Source: Narcine bancroftii (lineage: Eukaryota). Taken from it: 64,000 bases of DNA. The DNA is taken from contig NC_091477.1 in assembly GCF_036971445.1 (NCBI RefSeq), forward strand, positions 120,590,001-120,654,000, read 5' to 3'. Shown one piece after another: positions 38,931-51,443 of this stretch (the stretch's first letter is position 1; every line of letters starts with the position of its first letter). The notes beneath the pieces are model-generated. The model did not search any database, was not told the origin of the DNA, and saw nothing but the letters and a program-made list of their open reading frames with translations. Both the position numbers and the translations under genes were made by a program.

Positions 38931-39481
38931 CTGTAGATCATGTGATCTAATTAGATTACTCGAATTAATATTTGGCATAAATGATCCATTAGACAATGGT
39001 GATCGTTACTCAATATCAGCCCTTTCCTTTTCGCTGTTCAAACGTCCTGTTATCAATGATGCCAGGACGCAGTTGTCTTTGGAGGGAAAGAACCCCACTT
39101 AAGGAAGTGGATCTCAACTCTGTCCCCGCACTGTTGAAACAAATCACTCTACTTGTTTTCAGGGTTTATTCTCCAACTTAGAATTGGTTTCAGTTATTCT
39201 TGATGGAATGTGGACAACATGACTACATTATCTCATTGGGGGAACCGAGGCTTTATACTCTCTGGGAGTTCTTATTTCATTGGGCTATGTATATTTTCTC
39301 TGGGGTGACTATTTGAATACTTTCATTAGATATAATTTTTATTCGTTGTTATTTCCCTAGCCACTCGCCAGATGTAAATACATCAATACACGTGTCCCCA
39401 TATACCATGTCATAATTGAATTAATGCACTGGCTGCACTTGAAAATCCATTTGGGAATTCCTTCGATTTTAATAGAGATCA

Positions 39482-39487
39482 TATAAA
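39482..39487 (+). promoter_or_regulatory. putative TATA box, gene C
   Basis: TATAAA 57-62 nt upstream of the ATG at 39544. Confidence 0.6.
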
Positions 39488-39543
39488 TTCAGGTTCTTCC
39501 CTTTAAAGTGTAACGATAGTGACAGGTCCCCTGCAATAGAACA

Positions 39544-39746
39544 ATGCCTTGGTTTCTGGTTCTCCTGTTGCTGGCCGCGACGCGAGAAACACGCGAAATC
39601 GTCTGTAGGCGTCGAGCAAAAGTCAGTTTGTCTGATTTAGCCAAGGATGGGGATATCATTCTTGGAGGAATATTTACGGTGCACATGGATCCGATTCTAG
39701 ACTTCCCTTCGTTCGCTTTTCCTCCGAAAAGCACTGGGTGCAGAAG
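39544..39746 (+). CDS. gene C exon 1
   Basis: [12 protein letters not shown]...; 203 nt; AG|gtgggt. Confidence 0.93.
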
Positions 39747-42700
39747 GTGGGTCCACCTCTTGGAGGCAGGCATTTGGTCGCTATTCGGAACAATGTTGTC
39801 ATCCTTTGGTTTGATATTTGAATTCGAGAGTTAATTATCGTCTGACCACTGTTATCTCTATTTTCCTTTCCTGCCTCTGTAACAATACATTTAACATCGT
39901 ACTTCCACGGAAAAAATGTTGAAATAAACTTTGCTATTCAGCTACTTTATGTCAAATTTGAAAAGAAACTTGACAAATCGAATGCACGTTTGAACGGAGT
40001 GGTATTTACTGTATGTTGTAGTAAGGTACCATCAATGGCCGATTTAAATTTCCATGTCAGATAGTTCAGTAATACGTAATGATACCTTGTGGGCATTTTC
40101 TCTGGGGATCTTCTGGGCAAATTAACTACATTCTTTCGTTTTGTAAGACTGTGGGGATGGACTCTCCAGAGCGGGAGTCTGTGACCGATTCTGACATGAG
40201 GGTTTTTGCAATGAATTCATTCAGAGCTGCGAAATGTAAATAGAAATGGCTGATTTTCGTGCTCTCCCACTAAATCTAAATTGAACTTTTTTGGAAGGGG
40301 AGGGAAATTAAATCATGAATGATATCCAGGCTCCGTTGCCATGGCATTATATGCTAATACCGAATAAGAAAGGAAAGACTATTGTCTTCTCTGATGAACT
40401 GGGAAACATCTCATCTTCTCCCTGCGCTGCAATGACAATGTGGCATTAAGAATCTCAGTACGTGTCTGACCTTGTTGACAAAGCTTCCCTCGATTTCCTG
40501 AAGATATATCTTTCTTGAAATACTCGGAAACTGAATCTACCCTGCTCTCGTGATCTGAAAATTCTATCCTTCTTGATACTCTATCCCTCTTGTGTGAAAA
40601 AAAATCGTTCCTTTCAGAAATACACGACCTACATTTCAAGTGCAAACCAAGCGAAGATCCAAACTAATTCAGGCTTGCTCGATACCTGCTGGAGAACCAT
40701 CTTTATTTTTAAAATAATTAATCATTCTGACTAATAATTATGTCCTTTTCTCATATATATAATTTATATTAGCATTTCGCCTTCCACTTTAATTGGCAGG
40801 TAAGGTAACTTTTATTACCATTGATAGGAGTGTAGTGGAAACGTACAGCAGAGAAACGGATCTGTCGGCCCACGGTGTCTATTATCTCCGTGGATCCGTT
40901 TGAAATGCCAGGCCCGGACACCGTGGCCGTTTTAACGCGATCATTCTATCTGCTTAATGTTATTCGCCCTCTGCGACGGAGCAGATTGTCCTTCTATGGC
41001 CTTGGATTTGAACATTATTGTATGCTATTAATCTGAAGGCTCGCTAAAGCGCACGTCGCTATTTGTGGTTATGGTTTAATGTAAATAACATCGTCAATGT
41101 TGCCTGAATGACGACATCTAAATAATGAGAAAATAGCTGGAAATGGCTTGATGTGTTTATATTATAATTTATTGGGTGTGCAAGACATCTAAAGCAACAA
41201 CATTTGGTACATATGATCTTCAGGCAATATCATCTGAATTCCGCTCATTCTTTTGTCACTAAACTGACTTGAGTGATCACTGAGGGACCTCAAAATGCTC
41301 AATGCCTCGGGTAACACTTTGACCTCCTCGTTACCATCGGAGGATCGCTGCACTTGCGAGATCGACGACGATTTCTGGGAATGGTGGGAGCTCGTCCAGA
41401 TCCCTGGTGCGGGGAACGCCGTTTGCTGTTGGGACGGATTACCTTGGAGGCCTTGAGCTAGGAGGTGGTGAAATATCAACAAGTGCGGGTCCAGAGTCGA
41501 GGACAGAGTTGGGTGCAGGTGGAGAGGTTTGTGCCCAGAGCTGAAACCTGATGCTGGAACATATTAGGGCCGGGGAGCTGGAAGCCATTGATCCTGAGTG
41601 ACACATACGTTTCCTTTTCTATCGACGAGGTATGTAAAATTAATTGCGCGAATAATCAGGACTTGCTGTGGTTTTTGGATGATCCTTTGCGAACGATAAC
41701 TTTTTTACATTTCAATGTATGATTGAATTCCTAACTTTCAGTTTTTATCACATACTTATCCGCAGTATTAACTTTTCGAGCTTCCGAGTAGCGCAAACCA
41801 TGATTTTTGCCATTGAAGAAATAAACCAGAATGAAAATCTACTTCCTGGGATCTCCCTCGGGTACAAGATCCACGACGACTGCTCGTCTTCCGCGATCGC
41901 TTCGAAAGCAGCGCTCACTTTAACCAATGGAGGAGAGGAACTGATTGAATACCCAGAATGTAGAGGCTCCTCCAACGTCGCTGCCATCGTGGGTTGTGAT
42001 ATATCCACAAACTCCATCGTCACCGCAAACACGATCGGATCCTTTGGAATCCCGATGGTAATGGGCCAGATATTTGATTGTAATGTTATGATAACGACAT
42101 TCAACTCGCTTCAGATTCCTTCTTTAGCACAGACATGAACACACATGGTCCGGGCTGTGAGTTGGGGGGTGTGCCATAATTGGTGGTGGTCGTAAGATCG
42201 TAATTCAAAGAGCTCGGGTAATTACCACAATTCATATCCAGCAGAAGCGTGGAAAGATGTTAGTTGTAAAATTGACGTAATTCTGCAAAATAATCTCAGA
42301 ATTCCCGTTCCCTTCTCAATGCTGAATACTTGCTGTTGTGTACAAGGATCAAATATTTCACTTTGAAATGGTAGCGACGTCTCTGTCATTTTCAGTGCAA
42401 GCCTGAGCAAGGTACTCATGTAGTTAACATTTCCTCTGCAGGTTAGTCACTTCTCCACCTGCTCCTGTCTGAGCGATAAGCAGGAATACCCTACGTTCTT
42501 CAGAACGATACCCAGTGACGAACACCAGTCCAGAATTCTCGCAGAACTCGTGCGAGCCTTCGGCTGGTCTTGGATCGGAACCCTTAGAAGTAACACCGAA
42601 TACGGCAATTTTGGAATGCAGGGATTTGTGGAGCACGTGGAAAAGTTTGGGGTTTGTATCGCCTACTCGGAATCATTTTACAGGACCGACCCAGCGGAGA

Positions 42701-45700
42701 AAATCAGGAAAATTGTCCAGGTGATTAAACAGGCGTCCACAAAAGTGGTGGTGGCGTTTCTTGATATTGGTGATATGCGAGTTTTATTGAACGAAATTTG
42801 GCGTCAAAACGTAACGGGTATACAGTGGATTGGAAGCGAGGGCTGGATTACAGGAAACCTTCTGCCGCCTCAAGTAGAAGGAAGGTATATCACCGGGACT
42901 ATCGGGCTGGCAACTCATAGGACAGAGATCGCCGAACTCAGAAATTTCCTTCATAATGTCCATCCTTCCAATTTTCCTGGAAACCGTTTGGTGACAGAGT
43001 TTTGGGAAACTTTATTTACATGTTATTTTACCATTGACAACATAACAGGAAATTCTCCAGTTCCATTTCGGCAGTGCACAGGGAAGGAACAGATGGAAGG
43101 GATAGAAAACTCCTACCTTCCAGCGATAATGGACGGAAGTTCTTACCACGTGTATAAAGCGGTCTACGCTATCGCTCATGCGCTCCACGACCTGTTAACC
43201 TGTGAAGAAGGCAACGGGCCCTTTGCGAATCACACATGTGCACAGATTTCAAACTTTGAGCCTTGGCAGGTAGGAAATCCTACACCTATTTTGTTACCCA
43301 ATCGGCAATGATAAAAGTTTGGACCTTATCTTGTGACATTTGCATTCACCTTGTATATGTTTTTGTGGTGATCGAAATTTTATTTTCAGACTTTACATTT
43401 TATTTTAAAATAAAATTTTATTTTAGAAGGTCAATATTTTAGTCTGTGAAGTGTGGGAAATGGGGCCCCTAATTTGCAGAGATAAGGACTCCCCCGATTA
43501 CCTTGTGATTTTCATTTTGATTAACTGCATTGGGCAACAGCCGAAGGATAATGTTAGACGGGAACTGGTAGAACATTCCAGCTTTCGGAATGATCGAGTG
43601 TGGGGGGTTCGTTTCTCATTTTTGCAGAGCACCATCTAACAGACGGAAACCCTACGGGGCAGTACTCGCTCCGGCTTGCTGTGGAGCGGCAGAGAGCTCA
43701 AGTATATCCTCCCCAGCCTGTGGTTCAGTGGTGATGCCCAGTGAACCGCGGCGTCTATTTTAATACTTGACCCATCTTCAGAAATACTGAAGAGGCGTCT
43801 CAATATGTCTCGCCACAAGGCGTTCAAACTGGGTGGACAGTGACATCGAGCCCACGGCAGGGCTAAAGGTTAACCTTCCTTCCTTCCTTCCTCCCCAGCT
43901 GCTCCACTACATGCGTTTCGTCAATTTCACAGCGAAGACGGGAGAAAATATTTATTTTGATGCAAATGGTGATCCAGTGCCAAGATACGAATTCGTGAAC
44001 TTGCAAACTAATTCGGAGGGTAGAGTGGACATTGTGAACATTGGATATTATGATGGGTCAGCTCCGCCAGGGCGCGAACTGGCAATGAACACGGGGGATA
44101 TAGTGTGGAGCGGGAATGCAAATAAGGTATGCCTTTTTTTTCACCGTGGATTTATATCGGGGAAGTGGAAAATAATGGGATTAGGGTGATATGGTGGATG
44201 TTGTCATTTCTTACCGAATCCTCTGATTTGACCAATTTAAAGTGCACTCTCCCCAGTTTTCCTTCTTGGAGTTCAGAAAAAATAGGGACCACCATCTTCA
44301 AATGTGAGAGACCCTAAGAGACCTTGACAGGGTAGATGTTGAGATTGTTTCACCAGTTTGAACGTGTCGAACGAGAAGATTTTTTTAAAGATCAATGATT
44401 AAGACTAAACAATGTGTAATTTCTCGCCTGAGAGTCTCGAGAATTTATGCTAGATCGTTAGATACATGAATTCGTAGAAAGATCAAGGAATTGACAGTCA
44501 TGCAGAACTACCATAGAAGCGGAGTTGAGGAGGCACAGATTTTATATTTCAGTTTATTATCATACATGACTTCACTTACAACCGCTGGATCCTTTATTCT
44601 GGGGGCGAGGCAGAATTGCCACTTATTGCTAGTGCGAAAAAAAAACTATACACCCCATATACATATAAACAAATAAATAAATGTCAATAGATAAGAAATG
44701 TAGACGAAGCGAACTGTGCAATGCAGAGAGAGAGAGAAAATCACTAAGCGCACAAGCAAGAGTCCTTAAATGAGTCCCTGATTGAGTTTGTCGTTGATGA
44801 ATCTGACGATGGAGGGGTAGCAGCTATTCCTGAACCTGGTGGAGTGAGTCGTGTGGCAGCAGCCAGAACGGAGTGGAGATCCTTGATAATTACTGCTGCT
44901 CTACAACGGCAGCGTTCCCTGTAGATGTTCTCGATGGTGGGGAGGGTTTTACCTGTTATGTCCTGGGTTGTGACCACTACTGTGGAAAGAATATTAACTT
45001 GTTGCAACATGGCTTTGTTTGTCTGCCTAAAGTAACAAACAAAGACAAATCCATCTCTGGCACTTGCCTCCCATCCACTGAAAGCATCAATCTGAGACGC
45101 TGCCTGAAAAAGGAAGCCAACAGCATAAGGGGGCTCCCATCAACCTAGTCGCAGCTCTTGCTGCTGTTCCATTCAGGCAGAAGGTATAGAAGCCAGAGGT
45201 CCAGCACTTTCAGGTTCAAGAATATGTTTTTTTTTTTATCTAACAGCTCCCAGGATGAGACCAACAGATCATCAGAAATGTCTTCATTCTTCTATGCAAG
45301 TTGAAGGGAAACACTTCGTATTTTATCTGGGAGCCCTTCAACCAGATAGCACCAACATTGACCTTTCCAGTTTTCTATTAGCATCCCACCCCATGTCTCC
45401 TTTCCCCCCTGTCTATCTGCCTCTCTATTCCCTTTACCCCCTGCATCCTTTATCCCAGCTCTGCATTCGCAGAGATATTCCTCTTGTCCCTAACATTCCA
45501 ACATTTCCTCTACCCTGGCCTCTTCTCCATATCCAATTATCAGCTTTTTTCTGTAGTTTGCCTTCCTCCCTCTGTCGTTTATTTTATTCATCCATTGCAT
45601 GCATGAAGAAATGTCCAGGGCCGAATCATCTGTAATATATCTTTATCTCTCATGGACGCTGCGAGACCAGCTGAGTTCCTCCTGCATTTCTGTTTTTACT

Positions 45701-48700
45701 ACAATCATAGCATCTGCAGACTTCTGTGTTTCACTTTATCCAACAGCACTCATGCTTTTGAACCTCCATGTCCTACCCTAAAACCAACATAAATTACTCA
45801 GGGACCGCCAAAGGATCTTTTTGCACAACTGAAATGTAACTTTTTTTCTTGCACTAGTTTCACTGTAATTTTTAAATTTGAAATGTATTATCTCTAGTTC
45901 AGTCTTGGCATATATGGTAATTTAATTTATGCTATTGTTGTGGTGTATCTTGTGCACCTGTGTGGCTGCAGGGAGTAAATATTTTGGTACATCATTCTCT
46001 TTCTTTGGCTTGGCTTCACGGACGAAGATTTATGGAGGGGGTAAAAGTCCACGTCAGCTGCAGGCTCGTTTGTGGCTGACAAGTCTGATGCGGGACAGGC
46101 AGACACGGTTGCAGCGGCTGCAGGGGAAAAATGGTTGGTTGGGGTTGGGTGTTGGGTTTTTCCTCCTTTGCCTTTTGTCAGTGAGGTGGGCTCTGCGGTC
46201 TTCTTCAAAGGAGGTTGCTGCCCGCCAAACTGTGAGGCGCCAAGATGCACGGTTTGAGGCGATATCAGCCCACTGGCGGTGGTCAATGTGGCAGGCACCA
46301 AGAGATTTCTTTAGGCAGTCCTTGTACCTTTTCTTTGGTGCACCTCTGTCACGGTGGCCAGTGGAGAGCTCGCCATATAACACGATCTTGGGAAGGCGAT
46401 GGTCCTCCATTCTGGAGACGTGACCCACCCAGCGCAGCTGGATCTTCAGCAGCGTGGACTCAATGCTGTCGACCTCTGCCATCTCGAGTACTTCGACGTT
46501 AGGGATGAAAGCGCTCCAATGGATGTTGAGGATGGAGCGGAGACTTCATTATACTTACAGTATGTATGCATCAACAAACTTACATTGTGTTATGGACATT
46601 TAAGGTGTGAGTAAAATGTTTGCATAGTGATGGTTGCCCGAGCATGCAGTCAAGAGAAATGGTTAAAGATCATAGAGTAGCAATGTTTATAAGGCATCTG
46701 GATGGAGACATGAAGTGGCATTGAATGGAGGGAAATAGACCATGGGCAGGCAGAGATGCCATCATGGTTGGTACAGACATCAAGGGGCGAAGGACAATTA
46801 TCACATTCTCTGGGCCAGTTCTCTTCACAACAGGGAAAGATACAAGGAAGTAAAATATTGCAACAAGGGACGATTAGCCTAGTGGTTAGAGCAACGCTGT
46901 TACAGCACCAACGATCAGGACCTTGGTTCAAATCCGGCGCTGTCTGTAAGGAGTTTGTATGTTCTCCACGTGTCTGCATGGTTTCCCACGGGGACTCTGG
47001 TCTCCCACTTTTCAAAACGTACCATTTGGTGGTTCTAGGTTTAATTGGTGAAACTGCGCGGCATAAGCCGAAACTGTGCTGTATATCTACATTTTAAATT
47101 TTTTAATTTAAATTTAAATTCAACATCATGAATAGTTTGCGGAAGAAAATTGCCGGAAAACAGTGCAGCAAGCTGTGCACCTACCTCATAGCTCTAATGA
47201 CGCATGCTCCATCCTGCCCTGAGCTGCTGGTGGCGTGGAGTATACACGTTCTCCCTGCAACTGCATGAGTTTCTTAAAGGTGCTTGGATTTCTTACCAGA
47301 TGCCAAAGATGTGCTGTTTCGTTGGCAACTAGCTCCTGGTGTGTGGGTGTTAGTTATCAAACACCCCCTCCACTAATCCTGGCATGTTTCCCCAAATTTC
47401 TATCAACTCCCTCAGATTCTGCGTCTCACCAACACACCAGCATATCCCTAGGCCTGGCCCTAACCTTGATCTGAGTCAACAATAAGAGGTATAGAAGAGA
47501 AAGAAACTGACCTGTAGAATATTGTCATGGCAAATGGACAGCCAGCAACTTTGGGAAGAGCATTTTTCTTTCTTTACTTTTTTAATATTAGTATTGAATG
47601 TTATATAATAGGACATTCTTACATAAAAGAATGATGCATAAAATTAATGCAGACTGTAACAGACCGGATGAGCACAATATATCAGAGAGAAAAATATTTC
47701 TATTTTGCAAAATATTATTCAAAGGTCAAAATGAAAAAAGGAAAATAGAAAAAAGTATACAATTAATGAATCTAAACCCCAAACAATTCCTAAGTTGCAT
47801 AACAATATAGAAAACAACTGCCAGTAGAAATAAAAAGATACACATAGCCACAAGAATCACAAAGAACCTGATTATGATCCCATTAGAGGCTGTGAAAATA
47901 ATTCCAAAAAGAACCTCAAAGATTAGGAAAAATTAAATTCGAGCCACTGATGGAACTTATTATTTTCTCCAAGGTTAAATGTTACATTGTATCATGTACC
48001 CATTGATTCTGAGAGGTTGGGACAGTGTCTTTCCACTGAATCAAAATAACTCGTCTTCAATAAGAGAGGCTAATACGTGATATGGAAATGAAGACCATTT
48101 CATGACCCTCTGTTCAACCATCCCAAACAAGGCCACAATGGGTCTGGTGCTGGGTTTACATTAATAATTATTGATACAGTACAGAAGACTGCTTCCCAAT
48201 ACTTGGCAAGGGTTGAACAAGGCCAAAACATATGAATTAATGATCTGTCCTCATTCGTACATCTGTCATAAAAGGAGCTAATATTAGGGTAAATACAAAC
48301 TAGTTTAACTTTAGACATATATGCTCTATGCACAACTTTGAATTGTAACAGTGCATGACGGGCACAAGGAGAAGACGAATTAACCAACAAAAATAGAGTT
48401 CCAAGAATCATCAGAAATAGAAATGTGGAGGTCCGACTGCCAGGCCTTTTTAATTTTATCGCTGAAGCTTGCCTTGATTTCAGCCAAGCATAATATACAA
48501 TCACTATTAACCTTTCTGAGTTGGTTGAAAATTGTAAATTGTAAATTGTTTCTATCAAATTCATAACGGGAACCTGCAAGAATGTTGAATATTGAGAATA
48601 GAGAAAAGTCTCTAATCTGCAAATATCTAAAAAAAAGTGAGAATTTGGTCAATTTTTTTAAAATTGCTGAAATGTAGCAAGATTATTATCAATAAATAAA

Positions 48701-50373
48701 TCAGAAAAATGTTTAATACCTAATCTTGGCCAATCCTGAAAAGCAGGGTCCAAGGTTGAAAAAAATAATTAGATAAAATAGGACTGAAAAGTAGAAACCT
48801 TTAGTGCCCAAAATGTTTTCTGAACTGATCATAGCCTCACATATCTACATTATCTACACTGTAGTGCATTTGCCATACATTTGTCCTTGCATATAATCTG
48901 CCAAACCAACCATCACCCTCTCCCCCATCTCTTGGGAACTTCTTCATCCAGCTTCGTGTCAACTGCAAATATGGAGATATTTTATGCAATTCCTTCATCT
49001 GCAAGGTCATCAAAATATTTTGCAAATGGTTGGGTTACTTCACTGTTCCTCATTAGTAACTCCCTGCCAATCTGAAAAATACCCATTTATTGCCAATCTC
49101 TGCTTACTTCCTGGCAACCAATTATAGCTCTCTGTGATTACAGATACATATGTATGTTCGTTTTGTTTTTAGATTCCACAAGCAATTTGCTCAGAACCCT
49201 GTCTTCCTGGGACACGGAAAGTGAACCGAAAAGGGCAGCCAACATGTTGTTTTGACTGTGCAAAATGTGCCGATGGTGAAATTAGCAACATCACAGGTGA
49301 GTTCAGAGAGAGGGACAGGTTCATGGACAACCTGGTCAAATTGTCTGTTTCTTACTATAAAATTCTGTGACTCTATGTCCCACTATGAGACAGTGTCTCG
49401 TGAATTGCGAAGTACCGTGCTGACCAATATTCTTGTAGGGAACATCGGAAGTTATTATTTTTCAGATTCCACAGATTGCATCAAGTGTCCCTCAGAATAT
49501 TGGTCCAATCAGCAGAAAACCCAATGTGTTCGCAAGAAGGTTGAGTTTCTTTCCTTTGGTGAAGATCTGGGGTTTGTGTTGGTGACGCTCGTTCTAGTGG
49601 GAGTCTGCTTCACCTTGGCCACTGCTGTGATTTTTTACCTCTATCAAGAAACTCCCATGGTGAAAGCGAACAACTCCGAGCTCAGCTTCCTCCTTCTCTT
49701 CGCTCTGATGCTTTGCTTCATTTGCTCGCTCACCTTCATTGGGGAACCCTCCGACTGGTCTTGCATGTTGCGTCGCACTGTTTTTGGAGTTGTTTTCGTT
49801 CTCTGCATTTCCTGCATTTTGGGCAAAACCATTCTAGTTGTGGTGGCCTTTAAAGCAACTCTTCCCAACAGGAGCGTGATGAACTGGTTTGGACCCACTC
49901 AGCAACGGCTGGGCGTGTGCATCCTGACATTTTTGCAGGCTTTAATTTGCGTTGTCTGGCTAAGTGTGTCACCTCCCCATCCCCTGAAAAACATGAGCTA
50001 TTATCGAGACATCATTATTCTGGAATGTGACGCTGGGTCATTAACGGCCTTTTACTTGGTATCGGCCTATATTGCTCTTTTGTCCATTGTGTGTTTAGTT
50101 CTCGCTTTCCTTGCCCGGAAACTTCCAGACAACTTCAACGACGCCAAGTACATTACCTTCAGCATGTTGATCTTTTGCGCTGTTTGGATCACGTTTATTC
50201 CAGCTTATGTAAGTTCTCCGGGAAAGTACACAGTGGCTGTGGAAGTGTTTGCTATCTGGGCCTCAAGCTTTGGTTTGTTGGTCTGTATTTTTGCACCAAA
50301 ATGTTACATTATCTTACTGAAACCGCAGATCAACACAAAGAGACACATGATGGGCAAAGAAGCTTCACTGTAA
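39544..50373 (+). CDS. V2R/OlfC-family class C GPCR, gene C, complete (exons 39544-39746, 41766-42057, 42442-43269, 43899-44126, 49173-49296, 49466-50373; about 860 aa)
   Basis: Six exons with GT-AG sites summing to 2583 nt in frame; full Venus flytrap, cysteine-rich domain and 7TM architecture. Confidence 0.94.
41766..42057 (+). CDS. gene C exon 2
   Basis: ccgcag|T ... ATG|gtaatg; 292 nt. Confidence 0.94.
42442..43269 (+). CDS. gene C exon 3
   Basis: ctctgcag|GTT ... CAG|gtagga; 828 nt (2 codons shorter than in A and B). Confidence 0.94.
43899..44126 (+). CDS. gene C exon 4
   Basis: ccccag|CTG ... AAG|gtatgc; 228 nt. Confidence 0.94.
45248..45734 (+). mobile_element. Penelope-like fragment with TSD of about 13 bp, nested in a Rex1-like 3' end
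   Basis: Flanks are tttatcTaacagc and tttatcCaacagc; ends with ctgagttcctcc...gcatctgcagactt. Confidence 0.55.
45996..46544 (-). mobile_element. RTE LINE 3' fragment in gene C intron 4
   Basis: ORF 46054..46482 ([11 protein letters not shown]...SHKRACS) is near-identical to 61224..61652. Confidence 0.9.
46866..47100 (+). mobile_element. tRNA-derived SINE
   Basis: A box TAGCCTAGTGG, B box GTTCAAATCC, gtaaggagtttgtatgttctcc core and an AT-rich tail. Confidence 0.75.
47570..48830 (-). mobile_element. L1 3' remnant in gene C intron 4
   Basis: [10 protein letters not shown] and [16 protein letters not shown]...HMFWPC from the L1 ORF2 C-terminus. Confidence 0.8.
49173..49296 (+). CDS. gene C exon 5
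   Basis: ttttag|ATT ... ACAG|gtgagt; 124 nt; cysteine-rich domain cysteines. Confidence 0.94.
49466..50373 (+). CDS. gene C exon 6 (7TM)
   Basis: tttcag|AT; open to TAA. Confidence 0.95.
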
Positions 50374-50622
50374 CTCTGGGATACACTCCAATCTATGCAA
50401 ATTGAAATGAGTCAAGTGGCATCCATGGAGTGAAATGGACATCCAGCCTTTCTGCCCTGGGCCTTTTTGCAGTTCAGATGCCACCTGGCCTGCTGTGTCT
50501 CCCTCACCACATCAATGTAGTATCTTGTATTTCTGGTTTGCATTGTTTCCGTGCCAATATGTGTAGTCCTTGCTCATTAAAGAACAGTTGTTCATGCTTG
50601 TCTAATTTTTTAGTGAATTGAA

Positions 50623-50628
50623 AATAAA
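50623..50628 (+). terminator. candidate polyadenylation signal, gene C
   Basis: First AATAAA seen, about 250 nt after the stop. Confidence 0.35.
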
Positions 50629-51443
50629 TGTGTTCCATCAGGTGTCAGTAAAATCACTGTTGCAAACCAAATAGAGCGAATGGTGCATCGGTTTAACAGA
50701 GAATGTGACGAATAGATAAAGGCGGCAGCCAATTTATATTAATGGTTATTTCACATGCATTATAAATGTTACCTAATACAAATGATGCTTTTCTTCCACC
50801 AGTCACTATTGCAAATTTGCATAATGCACAGAGTGAATACATCTGATTGGTCAGTTCATTTGGAACTTGGGGTGGGTCTGTCCTTATTAATAAAAATGAA
50901 GATGTTATGGGAAAGTCTTGATAGGTTTGGTTTTTAAGATCAGCGTGTAATATGAAACACTCTGTCGATGACTTATTAAACATCAGGGAGACAACATCCA
51001 TTTCACAGACCACGGTTGGGTCAGAGGCTTCATGATATTTTTTAAAAATATTTTACTTCACAATTTTTAAATCCACCACAGTAAGTAAATTTCATTCAGT
51101 AAAAAGACTTCAAAAATTACATGTGAGCTATACAACCCCCTTCCTCTCCCTCCCTCCCCAAACACCCCCCCAAAAAAGAAAAAAGTAAAAAAGAAAAGAG
51201 AATAGAAAAAAGAAAGAGAGGAGAATGTCAAGGAGATAAACTGTATATAAGGTAAAGTTTTTAATTATAATAATGAAGATGAGGTCTTCAGAGAGTCTGT
51301 TAAATATTCATTCCCACATTTCATAAACTATTAGTAATCTTCTCAAGTGGATACAGCTACAAATTCCACATGACATCTTTCCATTCCTAAATCTGTGTCT
51401 GATTTCCAAGTAATGGCTATATGCTTCCTAGAAACTGCTAAAG

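Noticed and set aside
40379-40645. 88-aa minus-strand ORF in gene C intron 1
   Set aside because: No recognisable domain and not conserved in A or B; probably chance or degraded repeat sequence.
45927-46502. Recurrent overlapping ORFs ([11 protein letters not shown]..., MHGLRRYQ...) seen three times
   Set aside because: They are alternative or antisense frames of near-identical RTE copies, not a gene family.
46866-46960. tRNA gene
   Set aside because: The A and B boxes continue into a SINE core and tail, and related degenerate copies occur elsewhere in the window.
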